A stretch of DNA of 63,623 bases, counting the filler, from Dugesia japonica (taxonomy: Eukaryota), in assembly GCA_001938525.1 (NCBI GenBank). It is 6 parts of 6 records of this genome, joined end to end, with 100 filler letters (N's around TTAATTAATTAA, not from the genome) between each part and the next. Parts side by side here need not be neighbours in the genome. Positions count along the whole stretch, not along the records: positions 55,357 to 63,623 come from MQRL01605665.1; 5 more parts are not named here. The stretch is one strand, 5' to 3'. Numbering within the stretch: position 1 is the first letter of the stretch; every line of letters starts with the position of its first letter. The translations under genes and the position numbers were made by a program. Under the pieces are notes generated by a model. The model saw only the letters and a list, made by a program, of their open reading frames with translations. It had not been told where the DNA came from and searched no databases. Below are positions 62,849 to 63,623 of this stretch, one piece after another.

Positions 62849-63623
62849 TTCTGTGTAATTACTTAAAAAAGGTACTTGTAGTTTAGTTCAAAATTTAAGT
62901 AACTATCTATCAATTACAATACTTTTTGAAAATTAAATAATACTTAACAAATACTTACATCAAAACATCTTTTTTTCTTCTAAGACCTTCTATCCTGAAT
63001 TATATGAAAATATAATTATGGAATATTTTAAACCTTACTTTTCTTCTTTCTTCTTCAATTTTTCTTGGAAGCTGCAATAGCACAAAAATATAAACATTAA
63101 ATGTAAAATGATAACTACAAGAATTTTGTTTAAATATTAAAAACTTTTAATTAACCATAATATTTATTAAATAACAGAATCAAAAATATGGGGAATATAA
63201 GAGTAGATAGATAGGTGCACACTGACACAAACCATTTCTTCGGAGTAGAAAATTATTTGTGGCAGAAATCTGATAGGTTGAAATTTTTTGGTGCGTAATT
63301 ACAACACTAACACTGCATTTTTATTGGTAAAAAATTATGCATGTATTGATTACATAATAATTGTGTAATCATGACCATATAATGGATGTAATATTTATTT
63401 TTTTGTTTTACTTGATGGTTTTTATGATTTGTTATTTAAATGATGTCGAGTTTTTTTGTTTCAATTAAGTGAAATTATTGATTGTTTAAATTAGTGAAAT
63501 CAACTATTTTTGTTTAAATTACGACAAATTATTGATTTTTTAAGCTAACTTACCTTAAAGGAATATTAACTTCATTCGCCAGTAGTGGGATACGTCAGCA
63601 CTGGCACGATGACCCCCCCCCCC

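Overview
AT-rich eukaryotic DNA with short GT-AG introns, (AAT)n microsatellites and many N gaps; it looks like a planarian-type flatworm draft assembly (inference). Five artificial N44-TTAATTAATTAA-N44 spacers split it into six blocks whose adjacency is not guaranteed. It is mostly decayed mobile DNA: at least 7 Ty3/gypsy fragments, a Penelope-like element with hammerhead ribozymes and a 5' inversion, a Helitron 3' end, mariner, piggyBac and hAT remnants, and MITEs. Host coding sequence is limited to a DUF4062 exon (TEP1/NWD-like) and two exons of a HELZ2/UPF1-type SF1 helicase. The standout is a giant gypsy element (13650 to ~23850, + strand). Its pol runs into a decayed ~1000-codon extension ending in a Thr-rich stalk plus transmembrane helix, followed by a tandem row of small ORFs including an IAP/MDM2-type RING. 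Two more such rows lie on the minus strand (3727-5500, 9451-12685). Most modules show the same layout of splice acceptor, short ORF, poly(A) signal and 140-235 nt spacer. In one row three consecutive modules start AG|TG in frame, so splicing to a leader ending in A would create each AUG. This suggests a retroelement accessory-gene cassette expressed by alternative 3'-exon splicing or operon-like processing. All domain calls come from motif recognition by eye, without database searches.
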